A program made the translations under genes and the position numbers. From the NCBI RefSeq assembly GCF_009914755.1, contig NC_060925.1: 64,000 nt of DNA; one strand, 5' to 3'. Below the pieces are notes generated by a model that was not told the DNA's origin, ran no database searches, and saw only the letters and a list, made by a program, of their open reading frames with translations. Each line of letters begins with the position of its first letter. Within the stretch, counting starts at the first letter, position 1. This DNA is from the human T2T-CHM13v2.0 reference genome, Homo sapiens. This document shows positions 60,233 to 64,000 of this stretch, piece after piece.

Positions 60233-63200
60233 AGATTATCCTTTCCTTTGGACACTTTGTTGATATCAATTGGCTGTAAATGTGTAGGTTTAATTCTGCG
60301 CTGTCTGTCACATTCTTTTGGTTGCTGGCTGTTTTTATGCCAGTACCATGCTCTGTTTGTTACCATTGCTTTGTAGAATTTTTAAAGTTCAGTTAGTGTG
60401 AGACCTCCAGCTTTCTTTTGCTGAAGATTGCTTTGTCTATTAAGATTTTTTGGTTCCATACAAGTTTCATAGTATTCTCTATTTCTGTGAAAAGAAAATG
60501 TCATTGGAATTTTCATAGGGATTGCATTAAATCTGTAGATCACGTTGGTTGGGTGGTTTGACTGAGCACTTAAAAATATTAATTGTTCCAATACATGAAT
60601 ATGAGATATCTTTCTATTTACTTGTATCATCTACAATTTCCTTTATCAGTGTTTTTTAGTTTTCAACATACAGATCTTCCCTGCTTAAATTTATTCCTAT
60701 TTTTATTTCAACGTTTATTTTAGATTTGGGGTACATGTGCTTGTTTGTTGCATTGGTATATTGCATGATGCTGAGGTTTGGGGGTACAAGTGATCCCATA
60801 ACCCAGGTGCTGAGCATAGTACCCAGTCTTTGCTCACCTCCCTCCCTTGCCCCTCTGATAATCCCCGGTGTCTGGTCTTCCATCTTAGTGTCCATTTACC
60901 CTTAGCTTTTTTGATGTTGTTGCAAATGGGATTGTTTTCTTCATTTGTTTTTCAGATAGTTCACTGTTAGTGTATACAAATTATTTTTTTTCTGTTGCTT
61001 TTGTAACCTGAAAGTTCACTGTATTCTAAGTTCTAAAAATTTGCTGGAGGCATCTTTAGAATATTCTATGTGTAAAATGACATCATTAGCAAACAGCAAA
61101 AAAAAATTACTTCTTTCTTATTTGGATGCTTTTTGTTTCTTTCTTCTGCTTAATTGCTTTTGCTAAGACCTCCAGGACTACGTTGAATACAAGTGGTGAG
61201 AGTGGGCATCTTTGTCGCTTTGTCTTTTCCTGACACTAGAGGAAACACTTTCACCTTTTAACCTTTCAATACAATGGAGGCTCTCGGCTTTTTATATATG
61301 ACTTGAATTATATGTAGATGCCTTCCTTCTTGGCCTATTTTTTGAATATTTTTATTTTGAAAAGATATTGAATTTTTCAAATTCTTTTCCTGCAGCTATT
61401 GAGATAATCATATAGTTTTTTAACCTTTGTTCTGTTAATGTGGCAATTACATTTATATACATGCATATTCTGAATCAGCCTTGGATCACAGGGAAAAATC
61501 TCACTTGACCATAGTGAATGATCCTCTTAATTTTCTGTTGAATTTGGTTTCCTAGTAATTCATTAGGCACTTTTGAATTTATGTTCATGATGAATATTAA
61601 AATCGGATTTTCTAGTTTTAAAGTGTTCTTTTTTGGCTTTGGTGTCAGAATAAAGGTGTCCTCAGAGCATGACTTTGAAAATATTTTATCCTCTTCTGTT
61701 TTTTGAAGAGTTTGAGAAGAACCAATGTTACTTCTTTTTTAGATGTTTGGTGGAATTCTACCACAAAAACATCAGTTCTGAGCTGCTTTTTGTTGGAAGA
61801 ATTTTTAATTACTGATTTAATCTTCTTTCTCATTTTTGGTCTGTTTTGATTTCCTATTTCTTCCTTATTTAGTTCTGGTTAGAAGACATGTGTCTGGGAA
61901 TTCATCCCTTTCTTCCAGATTATCCAATTTGTGGGTACATAATTTTCCACAGTAATTTCTTGTGATGCTTTGTATTTCTGTGGTATCGGTTGTAATGTCT
62001 CCTCTTTCATTTCTCATTTCATTTGTTTGAATCCTCTCTCTCTTTTTTTCTTAGTCTAGCTGAATGTCTATAAATTTTGTTTATCTTTTCAAAAAATTAA
62101 CACTGTATTTTAAAGTTTTCTATTGTTTTTGTTTTTTCTCTATTTCAATAATTTCTGCTCTGATCTTTGTTCTTTTCTTCCTTTGGCTAACTTTGGGCTT
62201 GGTTTGTTCTTTTTCTAGTTGTCTAACATTATTTTGTTTATTAGAGATATTTTATTAAATGTAGGCATTTATTTTCATAAACTTTCCTCTAAGAATTATG
62301 TTTGTTGCAACACATACATTTTGGTATGTGTATATCTCAATTAGTTTCATTTCTTCTAAAGTGTAATTCAAGTCCAGTATTTTCTTACTGATTTTATATC
62401 TTGATGAGTTGCCCATTATTAAAATTGGGGTATTAAAAGTCTCCTACTATTATTGTACTGCAGTCTGATTCTCTGAAATATTTGCTTTATCTATTTAAAT
62501 GCTACAATGTTGAGTGCATATATATTTACAATTGTTATATCCTCTTAATGAATTGACTATCATTTTGCAATGACTTTTATCTTCTTTTCCATTTTTGTCT
62601 TAATATCAGTTGCATAGGATATCTCTTCATATCTTCAGTTCCATTCCATATGTATCTTTAAAGTTGAAGTAAGCCTTTTGAAGTAATACATAGTTAGGTC
62701 TTTTTTTGGTAAGAGTCATTCAGCCACTCTATGTCTTTTTGTTGGAAACTTTAATCCATTTACATTCAAATTAATTATTGATAAGCAAAACTAGTGCCAT
62801 TTTGTTCATTTGGAAGGGGGATGCTTTGCAGATTCTTTGTTCCTTTCCTCCTCTCTTCTTTTCTTCCTCTGTGTTTTGATAGTTTTCTACAGTGATATGC
62901 TTGGAATCCTTTCTAAAAATATTTTTTGTGTGTTTACTATAGGATCTTTATTTGTGGATACCCTGAGGCATAGTATTCCATGGTGTACAAGCACCACATT
63001 TTCTTTATTCAATCCACCATTGATGGGCCCCTAGATCAATTCTTTGGCTTTGCTAATGTAAATAGTGCTGCAATGAGCATACATGTGCATGTGTCTTTTT
63101 GGTAAAATGATATATTTTCCTTTGGGTATACACCTAGTTATGGGATTGCTGGTAATGGCATTCCCACCAACGATGTATAAGAAGTATTTCCTTTTCACTG

Positions 63201-63365
63201 AAACCTCCCCAGCATCTGGTATTTTTTGACTTTTTAGTGATGGCCATTCTCACTGGTGTGAGATGGTATCTCATTGTGGGTTTGATATACATTTCTCTGA
63301 AAATTAGTGATGTTTAGCAATTTTTCATTTGTAAGTCTTCTTGAGAAGTGTCTGTTCATGTCTTT
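60233..63365 (-). mobile_element. Mosaic of old L1MA/MB fragments with nested L1PA16/L1PB 3' pieces (60700-60895, 62970-63365)
   Basis: Minus-strand ORF2 remnants (e.g. ORFs 60382-60630, 61645-61833) and L1 3'UTR motifs. Confidence 0.75.
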
Positions 63366-63628
63366 TGTAAAGGGTATTTTATCTGTTCTTTTCCCTCTTT
63401 AAAATGTTCTCAATACTTTGTTTTGTTGTCTTACTTGCTAAATGTCTATATTCAAATCTCATTTCCTCCAAGAGAAATCAATGTCTTTTCTGACCACTAG
63501 CAATATTACTTCTTTTAGCCCAGAGTATTTCTTTCTGATGTTAAGATACATTCTGAGTTTTGTTCAGATAGTTTCAGAAACTGAAAAGAAATTAAATATT
63601 TTCAGAAATATTTACAAAGTAATGATAC

Positions 63629-63685
63629 TTTACTAACCAGTCTATCATCTGGTTAAAACAATTTACTAACCAGTCTATCATCTGG
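63629..63685. repeat. 24-bp perfect direct repeat, period 33
   Basis: tttactaaccagtctatcatctgg at 63629-63652 and 63662-63685. Confidence 0.9.
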
Positions 63686-64000
63686 GTAATCAATCTCTTG
63701 CCCAAAAGTACAATTTTGCACTCACTTCCCATAACCACATTACACATGAGCTTTATTTATCAACAAAGACAAAGGCAGGATCAAGAGATCTTAAATACTC
63801 AAGTCAAAAAAAATATTTTCTACTGACATAAGAATATTTTATCACATAGGGATATCTGTATCATGTTTTACAGGTATAAAACGTGGGCAAAATATCTCTC
63901 TCTTTTTTATCAAAACACTCAACATCTTATGCTCTCTGGTTTGAGTTCCATCCAGTGTCTCCGGATTTATTTTTTATTTCTTTTAATTTTTTTATTGGCA

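Overview
This is human (hominid) DNA from the chr1q44 olfactory receptor cluster. It carries two intact single-coding-exon class II OR genes on the + strand: OR2M3 (1259-2197) and OR2M4 (37050-37985). Most of the rest is transposon-derived: a full-length L1PB carrying a HERV-H LTR7 solo LTR, an old near-full-length L1PA13-16-type element, a dead full-length L1PA3-type element, a human-specific pre-Ta-type (ACG/A) L1HS fragment, two 5'-inverted L1s, eight Alus, MaLR LTRs, two ERV-L pol remnants and a Charlie hAT transposon. I see no new protein-coding system; nearly all short ORFs are repeat-derived or shadow frames. The most interesting signals are non-coding. (i) A unique, homeodomain-site-dense island at about 49.4-49.9 kb has a near-match to the H/P-element OR-choice motif and an RFX box (candidate OR enhancer). 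(ii) A candidate OR2M4 promoter and first exon at about 29.4-29.7 kb is followed by a perfect 14-bp palindrome bearing two homeodomain sites. (iii) A CpG-rich segment with a consensus CTCF site is fused to an L1 and sits inside a Charlie transposon. (iv) Three independent templated-insertion scars were copied from nearby sequence. Repeat subfamily calls come from remembered consensus features, not from a database search.
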